This document shows, in pieces, positions 9,979 to 20,392 of a stretch of 64,000 nt of DNA. The notes under the pieces were generated by a model. The model had not been told where the DNA came from. It made no database searches and was given only the letters and a program-made list of their open reading frames with translations. The translations under genes and the position numbers were made by a program. Source of the DNA: Tubulanus polymorphus (lineage: Eukaryota > Animalia > Nemertea); assembly GCF_964204645.1 (NCBI RefSeq), contig NC_134032.1:5132175-5196174 (forward strand), written 5' to 3'. How positions within the stretch are numbered: position 1 is the stretch's first letter; the number at the start of each line of letters is the position of its first letter.

Positions 9979-10516
9979 TTATTATAGAAATATTTTTACT
10001 TTCAATATTTGAAAATGTTATAACTCCAGTTGATAATAATGTCATAAATCCACCTAATTGAAATGATAAATATCCAATCCATTTATTTAATTCAGTCATA
10101 ACTAAATAATCATTTTTTAAATCGGAATATAATCTATTTTCATCTTCAATTGGTAGTATATAATTACATAATTTACTATAACCTTTTACTACATTTTCTG
10201 ATATCGCGTCATTAATTCTAGCTGTTCTCGCGGCTTCATAAATCTTAAATAATCTAATAATTTCATCTGATTTCATTGTGTCTAATTCATTATAAGTTAA
10301 ATTTTTACTAACAAAATTTTTACATTTTCCAGATGCTATTAATATTTCTAATTGATGTTTACAATAAAGATAATATTCATAATTAATATTTGTTGTAACA
10401 TTATTTAAAGCACCATCATCTGGAGTTAATTTTGTTTCTGTTATTCCTAAATCATCTAAAGTTTTTTCAATTGGAACATCACCATTTTTAGATTTTATTT
10501 TCTTTTCACCTACCAT
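9926..10516 (-). CDS. Hypothetical protein
   Basis: 196 aa with a C-terminal hydrophobic segment and the full TAA-T7-N6-TAAATG start context. Confidence 0.75.
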   Translation of the reverse strand: MVGEKKIKSKNGDVPIEKTLDDLGITETKLTPDDGALNNVTTNINYEYYLYCKHQLEILIASGKCKNFVSKNLTYNELDTMKSDEIIRLFKIYEAARTARINDAISENVVKGYSKLCNYILPIEDENRLYSDLKNDYLVMTELNKWIGYLSFQLGGFMTLLSTGVITFSNIESKNISIINERGERSEEKTENSETN

Positions 10517-10547
10517 TTATATAACAAAAAAATTAATTGTGTGATGT

Positions 10548-10800
10548 TGCAACTAGAATTTAACTAGAATGTAACTAGAATTCAACTAGATTAACAAGCT
10601 AGTTGAAATATTAATGTTTTTGTTTATTTCTTGTTAAATCTAGTTGATTTTTGTTTCAACTACTAACAACTAGAATTCAACTAGAATGTAACTAGAATTA
10701 AACTAGATTAACAAGCTAGTTAAAATATTGTTAAATCTATTTGATTTTTGTTACAACTACCAATAACTAGAATTCAACTAGATTAACAAACTAATTGAAT
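10548..10800. repeat. Intergenic cluster of ~11-bp AACTAGAAT(T/G)N tandem repeats
   Basis: Three blocks start near 10551, 10668 and 10765, and the first two share about 60 bp nearly exactly. Confidence 0.9.
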
Positions 10801-11409
10801 TTAAATAAATTCATATTTAAATGGGTGTTGTAATCTAAATAGTAATTTTGATCTTTTAATATTTTTCAACTTATCCATATATTCATTACGTAAATCATGT
10901 GGAATAATATCATTTTCCTCAAGTGCATTTTTCATCGATTTTCTATCTTTATTGTAGAATAAAACTAGAAATCTAATGTTTTCTCTAAAGTCTTTAACAA
11001 TTGAATTATATTTTTGATTTAAAACCCAAGTTGTTATCCCAAAATGTCTGCCAGAAAAAGCCAAATAACATAACTCACTTTCTCTAACTTTTGAATCATG
11101 TAGATTAGCACAATCATCTATGATAAATAATGTATTTGATCCTTTATAAATATCAATTGCTATTTTTATACAATTATCTAAATTTTCTTTTACTGTTTTA
11201 GGATCTAATATAATAAATTTATTATTCCTAGTAATATTTTTATCATAAGTTTGATTAAATTCATATGTTGGACAAAATAATACTATATTATCAAAATAGT
11301 TTTCATAAACAGTTTCTAATAAATGTAATATAAAATAAGTTTTTCCACAATTTGTTACACCAGAAATTAACATATTATGAGGCTCAAATATAAATAATTC
11401 CTTATTCAT
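10801..11409 (-). CDS. A32/FtsK-like DNA packaging ATPase
   Basis: Walker A GVTNCGKT, Walker B LFIIDD, and the A32-type motif GRHFGITTWVLNQ...FREN. Confidence 0.93.
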   Translation of the reverse strand: MNKELFIFEPHNMLISGVTNCGKTYFILHLLETVYENYFDNIVLFCPTYEFNQTYDKNITRNNKFIILDPKTVKENLDNCIKIAIDIYKGSNTLFIIDDCANLHDSKVRESELCYLAFSGRHFGITTWVLNQKYNSIVKDFRENIRFLVLFYNKDRKSMKNALEENDIIPHDLRNEYMDKLKNIKRSKLLFRLQHPFKYEFI

Positions 11410-12536
11410 TTATATATTTTTAATTTTACTTGATAATATCCATTCATTGAATTTATCTGGCCATCCAACCCATTTTACTAAAGAATATTTTTTTCTTTTA
11501 ACAGTTTTTGTTTTTAGTACTTTTTCAATTTTATATTCTTGTTCTAGATTTTCAGTAGTTAAACTTAATTCTTCTTCATAAAAATATCCATCAACTTCTT
11601 CATCATCTAAATCTTCTAATTTATAGACATATGGTTTTGTTGTTATTACCTTTTTTATTTTATATATTTCTCTAGTAAAATTTCGATCGTATCCTTTGTC
11701 AAATATCTTTTTATACTTAGAAATTCTAACATTTTGACCAACTTTAAATTTAGGTTAACCAAAATCATCTACAAGAAATGCTCCATATAAATTATTCCAA
11801 ACAATTTCAGCATTTTCAGGTTTTCTAGCATCAATAGGTTTCATTCCAATAGAAGAATGATAAGAATTATTATATCCTTCTATCAATTTTGGTAAAACAT
11901 CAATCCATTTAAAAGTATTATTTGCCGTAAAATATTTCCACATTCTTGTTCTTAATGTTCTATTAAATCGTTCAACAACTGCTGCTTTTTTATCTGATTT
12001 TGTTGAAAATTATTTAATATTATGATTATCTAAGAGTTCATGAACAAGTGAATTATCAAACTCTTTTCCATCATCAAATTGTATTTTTTCTGGTTTTAGT
12101 TTATCATCCGAAAGAAATTTTCTTAAAACATTTGATGTTTGTACAGCATCTTTTCTATAAAGTGGGAAACTCCATACATAACGACTAAAAATATCAATTA
12201 TATTCAATAACCACCAATAATCATCATTATCTTTCTTAACATTTTTCATATCAATTAAATCTCCTTGCCACTGTTGATCTACATAACTTACCATAGTTTT
12301 ACGAGTTTTATATTTTCTAACAATTTTTTTATGTGTTGTATACGTTGGTTGTTCTAACATAAATTCATTTAATCTTTATATTTAACTAAATTTTGTGGGA
12401 TTATCTTATCTAATTTATCTTGTTTTACTTTACGCCATATATTTTTAGTAGAAGAATAAGCAACCGAACTCTCAGGGTTGTAATATAAATTTCTTAAATA
12501 TTGTTCTTTAGTATTAGGAGTTTTTTTACCACTCAT
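11410..12536 (-). pseudogene. DDE integrase with chromodomain, disrupted
   Basis: ATG at 12536, a frameshift before 12360, then QWQGDLID and IQFDDGKEF. There is a stop at 12010-12012 before AAVVERFNRTL and a stop at 11755-11757 before PKFKVGQNVRISK. It ends in the chromodomain LVKWVGWPDKFNEWI. Confidence 0.92.
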
Positions 12537-12566
12537 TTATATATCCTTAATTTTAACTTTATATTT

Positions 12567-13814
12567 CTAATATTGAATACTATCTAATTGTGAATTTACA
12601 ATATTTAATTGCGCGTCAGATATAATATAAATGTGCATTTTAAAATTTTTGATTCCTTTATTCTTTTTCATGAATAATTGTATTCCATCTTTAGTGTTCT
12701 GTAGTTTTTTTCCAGAACCATGTAATGAATTATCTTCAGTTGTTCTAAAATCTACCCATAATGCATATTTATTACCGGTATAATAATCAATTTGATTAAT
12801 ATTACAATTTTCAAATGATTTTACTTTTTCATTCATAGAATGTTTTCTAATTTCAGGCCATTGATCAATCATTCTCATTCCTTGACAAAATATTTTATTT
12901 GCTATTCCTTCGATAGTTATTTCTACTTTTGTTATTTCAGGATTATAATAATTGTCAACATTTATTGCGCCATTAGTATACGTTCCAATGGTAAAAAATA
13001 TTAATATACCTTTAATAGATCTTCTAGGAAAGTTAATATTCTCATTAATTATTTCATCATTTGCATTAATAGTTACAGTTTTAAATTTATCAATATAATC
13101 ATATAATAATAAAAATCCTTGATTGTATTGAGTTTGAATTGTGCTAGCAATATTTTCATTAGTTACTGTGTTATATTCTAAACATATATTCGATAATTTA
13201 TAACTCATATCTTTAACAACGCTAGATAATACAATTTCATTTACAGGAGCAAATGTTATCTCAAATATAATATCTTCTTGAATTGCGTATTTATATAAAG
13301 GTGCATTATTATTTATCAATTCAAAGTCTAATGGAATTTTATATTTGCTTCCATAAATCTTTTTAATCAAATCATCTACATCATTTGTTAATATTGCGTT
13401 ATTAGCTTCTGATCTTAATTTATTTTGGTTTTCTGATTGAATTCCTTGAAATATCATATTATTTCTATTTTCTTTAGTTAACCATAAATATTTATAATGC
13501 ATAAATAAATTATAATCATCTAATGAGAAAACTGTTTCTGGTCCAATCTTTATTGTTAACTTTTTAATCAAATATCTTCCAACATTATCAACGACATAAT
13601 TATTATTATTACCGATTACTTTTATATCGGCTGATAAATAAATACTGTTTGGAACATAAAAAGTATTTTGTGTTAATCGAGGGATTCTAACGTATAAAGT
13701 TTCATCGGGATTAATATTTGAAGGGTTATGAGTAATTATATGATGTGATCTTTCTGCTTTAATAGCATTAGATATTCTAGAAATCTTAGAAGGACTTATA
13801 TAACTCCCACTCAT
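12567..13814 (-). CDS. Major capsid protein (group-2 Polinton type), putative
   Basis: 415-aa beta-rich ORF beside the integrase and ATPase. Motifs HNPSNINPDETLYVRIPRL, YKLSNICLEY, RSIKGILIFF, YALWVDFRT and HGSG resemble Polinton double jelly-roll capsids. Confidence 0.75.
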   Translation of the reverse strand: MSGSYISPSKISRISNAIKAERSHHIITHNPSNINPDETLYVRIPRLTQNTFYVPNSIYLSADIKVIGNNNNYVVDNVGRYLIKKLTIKIGPETVFSLDDYNLFMHYKYLWLTKENRNNMIFQGIQSENQNKLRSEANNAILTNDVDDLIKKIYGSKYKIPLDFELINNNAPLYKYAIQEDIIFEITFAPVNEIVLSSVVKDMSYKLSNICLEYNTVTNENIASTIQTQYNQGFLLLYDYIDKFKTVTINANDEIINENINFPRRSIKGILIFFTIGTYTNGAINVDNYYNPEITKVEITIEGIANKIFCQGMRMIDQWPEIRKHSMNEKVKSFENCNINQIDYYTGNKYALWVDFRTTEDNSLHGSGKKLQNTKDGIQLFMKKNKGIKNFKMHIYIISDAQLNIVNSQLDSIQY

Positions 13815-13838
13815 TTATTAAACAAAAAAATTAATTAT

Positions 13839-15383
13839 TTATTTTTTGATATTTTTTGATATCATATTAACTAAACCAAAAATAATAGCACTTACAACTG
13901 TAATTAAAAATAAAATAATATGTTCAGCAGCAAAGTTAATAATGTTTCCTGCAGATTTCAATATAAAACCAACAATTGAAGCAATAACTCCTGGTAAAGC
14001 TGCAGCAGATTTTTTAGATAGTTCCCATAAATATTTTGCTAATTTCTTTAAACCATCTTTAACTTTATCTTGTATAGAATTATTGCCTGGGGGTTTATCT
14101 GGTTTATTGGGAGTAGGAGTAGATTTTAAAGCATTTGATATTGCTAAACCAATTGTTGTAAATAACATAGTAACAGCTGTTAGAATTGAAAGAATTGTTA
14201 TTCCTTCTAATTTAAATAATAACTTTATCCTATCTTTTAATGATATTTCAGAATTTGGTTTAATCAACAAATCTTTAAAAATAACTTTTAATATATTAAT
14301 ATTATAATCATATGATTTTAACAATAATTTAATTTCTTCTTTCTGTACTTCTAAATTATCTTTTAAATTACTAATTTCTTTTTCTAAACGTAATTCTTTT
14401 TGCCTATATTCTATTTCATCAATTACTTGATGATCTAAATCAGACTTTAATTGTTCTATTTCTTTATTTTTATCAGTTAATTCTTTTTCCAAATACGTAA
14501 TTTTTTGATCTCTTATACTTTTATTATGCGCAATTTTATCAGATGCAAGTCTTATACTAATAATTTCTCTAATTGCTTTGTCAGAAAATATATCTAAATC
14601 TTCTAATTCTTGATCTGTTGCATCAAGTAACCCATTCTGTAAAAGTTTTTCAATTGGAACTTTATTTGATTTAAGTTTACTAGTTTTGGAAGTTTTATTC
14701 AGTAAGTTATCTAAACGTTTTTCTAATTGTGATTGACTTAAATCATTATCAATTTTTTGAGTGTCTCTTCTCGATGTTTCGGGTGTTGAAGATCTTAATT
14801 TATCTCTATTCTCTTCCATTTCTGTTTCTGATTTCTTTTTGATTATTTCAAATAATTCATTAATTCTTTGTTTAAATACATCTATATTATCATCTATTTC
14901 TTTTTGTGTAACATCAGTTATTTCATTACTATTACTTATTATTTTAATTCTATCTGGTTTTAATTTTTCTAAAGTTGATTCTGATAATATTTTATTTTTA
15001 TTATTTTTATAAGTGATATCAATATAATAATCACCTTTCAAACGATAATAACATTTACCATTATCTAAAAATTTTAATTGATCTGCTAAAAGTCCAACGT
15101 CTTCATCATTTATGTTAAAATTAGATTTTTCAATTAAATCTTCTAATTTAGGTATTTTGTTTAAATTATCTAAATCTTGTTTTACTAAATCTGGGTCTAA
15201 ATTTTCAGGATTTAATTGTGATTCAGCATTTTTAATATAATCAGGTGTAGTTAAATTAGAATTATATGCTGGTTCATTACCATCATTAAAACTTGTTTCA
15301 TCAAAATCAGGTGGTTGTTCATCAGTTATGTTAGGTTCATCAAAAGGATCCATTCCAATATCTTCTACACCTTCTACATCCAT
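13839..15383 (-). CDS. Coiled-coil protein with C-terminal hydrophobic/amphipathic helices (possible membrane-active virion protein)
   Basis: 514 aa with an acidic N-terminus, a heptad-rich middle, and EGITILSILTAVTMLFTTIGLAI and AAALPGVIASIVGFILK helices. Confidence 0.75.
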   Translation of the reverse strand: MDVEGVEDIGMDPFDEPNITDEQPPDFDETSFNDGNEPAYNSNLTTPDYIKNAESQLNPENLDPDLVKQDLDNLNKIPKLEDLIEKSNFNINDEDVGLLADQLKFLDNGKCYYRLKGDYYIDITYKNNKNKILSESTLEKLKPDRIKIISNSNEITDVTQKEIDDNIDVFKQRINELFEIIKKKSETEMEENRDKLRSSTPETSRRDTQKIDNDLSQSQLEKRLDNLLNKTSKTSKLKSNKVPIEKLLQNGLLDATDQELEDLDIFSDKAIREIISIRLASDKIAHNKSIRDQKITYLEKELTDKNKEIEQLKSDLDHQVIDEIEYRQKELRLEKEISNLKDNLEVQKEEIKLLLKSYDYNINILKVIFKDLLIKPNSEISLKDRIKLLFKLEGITILSILTAVTMLFTTIGLAISNALKSTPTPNKPDKPPGNNSIQDKVKDGLKKLAKYLWELSKKSAAALPGVIASIVGFILKSAGNIINFAAEHIILFLITVVSAIIFGLVNMISKNIKK

Positions 15384-15399
15384 TTATATAATAAAAAAA

Positions 15400-16722
15400 T
15401 TAAAATTTAAAATATAATATTCCTCCGATTACAATTCCTATACAAGTTATAGCTAATTTAGTATTTTCATGGGATTTATTATCATCATTTAGTTTAATTA
15501 CATCATGTTGAATATCGCCGTGTGGGTGCCATATGGCACCATTTTCTGATGTATTGTAATCTTTTATTTTAGAATCATTATTTAATTTAATATTCTTAGT
15601 TTTAGTTTCTGTTGATTGAATATGTTTTTTATTTTTTTCACCTTCCATTAATTTTGGAGCAGTAATAATCTTTTTATTTATATCATTTAATCCAATTGAA
15701 TTATTTATTGTTGCAGTTTTAATTAGATTATTATAACCAATTATATTTCCCATCTTTAATACTAAATCATTAGAAATAATAAATAGATTAGGGCCTATAC
15801 AATAATTTAATCTAATATGTGATTTATCTAAATAATTTTGATATCTTACAATGTTTTCTGGAATCGATCTATTTTTATCATTATGAATGGAATCTTCAAA
15901 TAATACTTTGAATTGTTTCTGCGCATCAAATGAAGTACTATTATTTCCAACTATTGGTGATCTTGTTTCAACTTGTGCACCTAAAATACATATCAAATAA
16001 GTTCTAATTGATTGATTTATTCTTTGTATACCGGGTTTTGTAAATCCTTCACTATAAGATTCAATAAAATAAACCCAACCATTATTATTATTAATTTTAT
16101 AATTATGATAAGCTCCAATTCTATGCATATAATCAATTCTTTTTATTTCATACTGTTCACCAACACCTTGCAATTTACCATGCGCTCTAAAATCGAAATT
16201 AATATTTATATTAAATTCATTACATATTTTATAAAACTTAGATAGATTAATATTATTATCCAATTCTTTAAAATATTTTGATCCAGGTAAAGGGCATTCT
16301 AATTCATTTAATATAATTCTAATTTGAAAGTATACATGAAATCTAAATATTGTATGAATGAATTTTAAATCAGAATATTTCAAATTTTTATCTAAGTTAT
16401 TCAAGTGATCATACCAACTTACACCACAACCAGCTGTTGCACAATGAACAGCAAAATTTAATTGATTCTGCCAATATTTCATATTAGATTTTACTTTATA
16501 TATATTATATTCATCTCGAGTAAAAGTAACTTCATATGTATTAAATATATTTTCCATTTTAGATATAAAATAGTTTGTTTCAGTAACATAAATTTCTAAA
16601 TTAATCAATGAAGGTAAAACTAAATTTTTATATATTATCATGTTACTAAAATCTATTGCTGGAGTATTATATTTATAATATTCATGTGATTTATTATATT
16701 GGAAAGCTTTTGGAAACCCCAT
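15400..16722 (-). CDS. Polinton hypothetical protein with C-terminal membrane anchor
   Basis: 440 aa with WQNQLNFAVHCATAGCGVS, FRFHVYFQIRIIL and a terminal hydrophobic helix. Confidence 0.8.
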   Translation of the reverse strand: MGFPKAFQYNKSHEYYKYNTPAIDFSNMIIYKNLVLPSLINLEIYVTETNYFISKMENIFNTYEVTFTRDEYNIYKVKSNMKYWQNQLNFAVHCATAGCGVSWYDHLNNLDKNLKYSDLKFIHTIFRFHVYFQIRIILNELECPLPGSKYFKELDNNINLSKFYKICNEFNININFDFRAHGKLQGVGEQYEIKRIDYMHRIGAYHNYKINNNNGWVYFIESYSEGFTKPGIQRINQSIRTYLICILGAQVETRSPIVGNNSTSFDAQKQFKVLFEDSIHNDKNRSIPENIVRYQNYLDKSHIRLNYCIGPNLFIISNDLVLKMGNIIGYNNLIKTATINNSIGLNDINKKIITAPKLMEGEKNKKHIQSTETKTKNIKLNNDSKIKDYNTSENGAIWHPHGDIQHDVIKLNDDNKSHENTKLAITCIGIVIGGILYFKF

Positions 16723-16738
16723 TTATATAATAAAAAAA

Positions 16739-17173
16739 TTAATAATTTATTAATTCTTTTAATAATTTATCTTGTTCTTCAACTGTTATATGACCATTTA
16801 AACTTATTATATAATCTAGTGTGTTCTTTAATTTATTAATTTCTTTTATATTAGTTTTGATTTTTTCTTTATTACTTTTTATATTTAATTTTGAACTTAT
16901 ACCAGTTAAAACACTTGATCTTAATCCTAACACACCAATTGATATAGCTAAAGGTGTTAATGGACTGAATATTGCTAAAAATGTTATTACAGAACTAATT
17001 GTAACCGAACCACTTATAATCAAATAATATATAATTTTACTTTTTAAATATTTTTTCTTTTTTATCTTTAAGTCACTTTCAAATTCTAATATTTGTTTTT
17101 CTAAATATGTTTTTAATTTAGTTTTATTTATATCATGAGGAATAATATCAATACTATCAACTTTATCTTCCAT
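16739..17173 (-). CDS. Hypothetical two-helix membrane protein
   Basis: 144 aa with a central hydrophobic hairpin and the conserved start motif. Confidence 0.75.
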   Translation of the reverse strand: MEDKVDSIDIIPHDINKTKLKTYLEKQILEFESDLKIKKKKYLKSKIIYYLIISGSVTISSVITFLAIFSPLTPLAISIGVLGLRSSVLTGISSKLNIKSNKEKIKTNIKEINKLKNTLDYIISLNGHITVEEQDKLLKELINY

Positions 17174-17193
17174 TTATTTAGCAAAAAAAATTA

Positions 17194-17616
17194 CTAATTA
17201 GTAAACTTATAAGCAACAAATATAACAATAACAGTTCCACCTAAAATCCAAATTATTTCATATTTCTGTTGTTCTTTACTTGGGGTATAATAATCTGATA
17301 ATTTAGGTTTGTATAGATGTAATTTTTCTTTATTGGTTACCGCGTTATATAAACTCATTGCATCATCAACTGATTGAAAATCTCTATGTGAAATCTTCTG
17401 ATCATATAATTCTTTGTTAATATAATCCATATAGTTTTGTCTCTTTTCTCTATATTCTTCTGCAGCTTTATTGTATTTCTCTAACGCTAAGTTATGTCTT
17501 TTTTGTTCTGTTAATGAACCATTTTTATCAATATTTTTAAATAAATATCCACCACCAGTAAATGCTAAAGCGTTAACAATTGCCGATCCTATAATAGTTA
17601 TAATTGCAGAAGCCAT
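17194..17616 (-). CDS. Hypothetical protein with hydrophobic termini
   Basis: 140 aa with ALAFTGGGYLF...EQKRHNLALEKY and the conserved start motif. Confidence 0.78.
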   Translation of the reverse strand: MASAIITIIGSAIVNALAFTGGGYLFKNIDKNGSLTEQKRHNLALEKYNKAAEEYREKRQNYMDYINKELYDQKISHRDFQSVDDAMSLYNAVTNKEKLHLYKPKLSDYYTPSKEQQKYEIIWILGGTVIVIFVAYKFTN

Positions 17617-17640
17617 TTATTTAGCAAAAAAATTATACAT

Positions 17641-17862
17641 TTATATGGGAGGAATATATTTTTGTTTTTCCAAATAATCAATAGTTAAATTAGATAAAGT
17701 AACTGCTAATGTTAACTTTAAAATATCATTTAAATCAAATCTATCAACATTAACACTACCCATTTTGAATACTTTTTTTAATACCATTGAATAACCAACC
17801 GTTCCAACTGATAGTAATGCGCCATTATATAATCCAGTTATTATCCACTTATTATCACTCAT
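17641..17862 (-). CDS. Small hydrophobic protein
   Basis: 73 aa, tightly packed, with the conserved start motif. Confidence 0.7.
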   Translation of the reverse strand: MSDNKWIITGLYNGALLSVGTVGYSMVLKKVFKMGSVNVDRFDLNDILKLTLAVTLSNLTIDYLEKQKYIPPI

Positions 17863-18219
17863 TTATTTATCAAAAAAATTACTATCATCAAAATATTTAG
17901 TTAACTTAGTGATGATTAATTCAACATTTATTTTATTACTAGTTTCATTTGTATATATTTCAATTATTATTTTCTTAATATCATCGATGATAAAATCTTC
18001 ATCTAATTCATAAAATCTTAAAGATTCTCTAATTAAATTAGTAATCTTTTCTACATTTAAAGTTTCTTTATCTATTGTTGTTTCATACTCAAATGTTGTT
18101 TCATTAGAAAATACAACATTTTTGATATGTGTTATTACATCATTAATGTTAAATTTCATTTCTTTACCATGTTTAAAATCAAATCCAAAACATATACTCG
18201 GTCCAACAGTTATATTCAT
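17863..18219 (-). CDS. Hypothetical protein
   Basis: 118 aa; its stop abuts the next ATG (TAAATG), and it has the conserved start motif. Confidence 0.7.
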   Translation of the reverse strand: MNITVGPSICFGFDFKHGKEMKFNINDVITHIKNVVFSNETTFEYETTIDKETLNVEKITNLIRESLRFYELDEDFIIDDIKKIIIEIYTNETSNKINVELIITKLTKYFDDSNFFDK

Positions 18220-18235
18220 TTATATAATGAAAAAA

Positions 18236-19033
18236 TTACTCTCTACATCTTATAACTAATTCATATATCACAGGAAAGTTATTTAAATCAATTAAGTATC
18301 CATTATGATTTCTAATTTCTAATCTAAAATTATTAAAATGAGGAATGCAAGGTTTAAAATCACATTCAGCTAAATTAAAATTTATTTGCGTTCCAAATTG
18401 TTTAACATTTTTTAATGGTAAAATATTTAGTATACTAGAATTACATGTTGTATCTTTAGTTGCTTCGAATGTTTTTGTAGGATCGATTAAATTGCAATAA
18501 ATATAAAAGTGTGTAAAAGGTATTATATTTGAGTTACCGTGTTTGTTTCCACCAAATTGATTTGGAGTAATTCCTAATAGTTTAGCTATAGGTTTTTTTG
18601 CTGTGTAAGTATGTCTTCTTGTCATCAATGGATTAGATTTATCAAGTTTAATAAGTTCATCATCAAGCTTTATTTTAATTTTATTAGAGCTCTCACTTTT
18701 TATGAATTTAATATTAAATTTAGAATTACCATTACCTAATCTAATCCGAGCTTTTCTATTAATTTCTTGCTCTAATGTTTCTAAATCATATAATCCTGGT
18801 GTAAGCATAAGTTGAATCCATTTTTTTTCAAGTTTATCAAAAATAAGAAGGCTTCTATGTTCATCAGTTTTATCCGATATATTATAAAAAGAATTACATA
18901 AACTTATATTTACTAATTTTAAATCTACACAATTCTTAAATTCTCTATCTAATTGTACTAATAAATTATGAGATTTATAATTTATAAGTTTTCTAGAATC
19001 AACAAATATTCTGTATTCTTTTAATTCTACCAT
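18236..19033 (-). CDS. Minor capsid protein (penton-like), putative
   Basis: 265 aa with IFVDSR, LVNISLCNSFYNI, LTPGLYDL..L, FYIYCNLI and LEIRNHNGYLIDLNNFPVIYELVI, a single jelly-roll-like pattern. Confidence 0.7.
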   Translation of the reverse strand: MVELKEYRIFVDSRKLINYKSHNLLVQLDREFKNCVDLKLVNISLCNSFYNISDKTDEHRSLLIFDKLEKKWIQLMLTPGLYDLETLEQEINRKARIRLGNGNSKFNIKFIKSESSNKIKIKLDDELIKLDKSNPLMTRRHTYTAKKPIAKLLGITPNQFGGNKHGNSNIIPFTHFYIYCNLIDPTKTFEATKDTTCNSSILNILPLKNVKQFGTQINFNLAECDFKPCIPHFNNFRLEIRNHNGYLIDLNNFPVIYELVIRCRE

Positions 19034-19090
19034 TATTTATAACATAAAAAAATTACACTCATCACCACAAGTAATTTTTTTCCCTAATAA
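19034..19090. promoter_or_regulatory. Divergent promoter region with two back-to-back TAA-T7-N6-TAAAT motifs
   Basis: The 57-bp gap between divergent ATGs at 19033 (-) and 19091 (+) reads AAAAAAATTAC-actcatcaccacaa-GTAATTTTTTT, giving one motif per strand. Confidence 0.7.
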
Positions 19091-20392
19091 ATGGACGAGA
19101 AGATACCATGTGAAATTTGTGGTGAACTTCTAAGAAAAAGTAATATGGCTCGACATATGAAAAAACATAATGAAAATTATAAACCCCCTAAACTAAAATG
19201 CCCAAAATGTAATAAATTATTCTCAAGAAATTATGTTAAAAAACATTCAGAGAAGTGTAGAATTAATGGCGCAACGGCTAATATTGATAATAATTCTGTT
19301 GAAGTTGAACCTGAAATTATTTGGAAAAGACCTTCCTTATTCTATGATAAGGATAAAATAAAAGATCATTTCTGTGAGCCTTGTCGAATAAGATTTTGTC
19401 CTGATAATAAAGAAGATTGGGAAAATCATCAATTTCGTAAAGCACATATAGATAAAATTTCTAATAAATTTGAAACTGAATTCAATGAAAGAAAAAATAA
19501 TTTATTAGAAAAAATAAAATATGAGAAAACGTTACCAGATAATGAAGAAACAGTTGAAAAGTTAGAAAAACAATATAATGAATTAACAAGAAAAACATAT
19601 TATTGTAAATATTGTAAATTGATTATTACAACAAGTAATTCAAATCTACATAATAGAACAATAAAACATAAAGAAAACGTAAGAAAATACCAAGAGCTTA
19701 ATGAAGATCTATTACCAATAAATTATAAACGAAAATGTCCACAATGTAGTTATGCGACCTTAAGACAAGAAGGTACTGTGTTATTTTGTGTTGATTGTGG
19801 ATGGCAAAAGAATTTATGGGATGAAGAAAAAACTAGAAATTTTCTTATAGATCCAAAATTAAATTATCTTGATGAAATTTTTAAAATATTTTCTATAGAA
19901 GATCATACACCAGAATATATGCAATGGCTTGAAAAAATGAAAATAATAGAAAATAAAAATGGTGAAATAACTAAAAAAGATATTATAAAAACAATTATTC
20001 CACCAACATTTAACACAAAACAAAAGAAAATGTATTTATATTTATTATTTAACGATTATTATGAAAAACCTAAATTAACAGAAGAAGATATGAAAAATAT
20101 AAAAAAAATATTCAAACAAATATTAATGTATCATTTGGAAAATAGAATAACAGATTCAATAAATTATGAATTCTTTTTAAATAAGATTGTAAATTATTTA
20201 AACCTAGATATTATAATTCCATTTGATGAATTAACAAACAAAAAGAAACAAAGAGAGCGAGATGAAATGTGGAACAAGATAGAACTTTATTTAAATGAGA
20301 AAAATGGAATAGAAGAAGAACCTAAACAATTAAATGAAAATGAAGAAGACAATAGTGATTTCGAGTTTGATGATATTGATTTTATGTTTTAA
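19091..20392 (+). CDS. Multi-C2H2 zinc-finger protein with C-terminal VLTF3 (poxvirus A2-like late transcription factor)-like domain
   Basis: Four C2H2-like fingers, then a zinc ribbon CPQC-x11-FCVDCG, then a tail IKKIFKQI...SINYEFFLNKIVNYLNLD...KKKQRERDEMWNKI that resembles the NCLDV VLTF3 C-terminus. Recognised by eye only. Confidence 0.65.
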   Translation: MDEKIPCEICGELLRKSNMARHMKKHNENYKPPKLKCPKCNKLFSRNYVKKHSEKCRINGATANIDNNSVEVEPEIIWKRPSLFYDKDKIKDHFCEPCRIRFCPDNKEDWENHQFRKAHIDKISNKFETEFNERKNNLLEKIKYEKTLPDNEETVEKLEKQYNELTRKTYYCKYCKLIITTSNSNLHNRTIKHKENVRKYQELNEDLLPINYKRKCPQCSYATLRQEGTVLFCVDCGWQKNLWDEEKTRNFLIDPKLNYLDEIFKIFSIEDHTPEYMQWLEKMKIIENKNGEITKKDIIKTIIPPTFNTKQKKMYLYLLFNDYYEKPKLTEEDMKNIKKIFKQILMYHLENRITDSINYEFFLNKIVNYLNLDIIIPFDELTNKKKQRERDEMWNKIELYLNEKNGIEEEPKQLNENEEDNSDFEFDDIDFMF

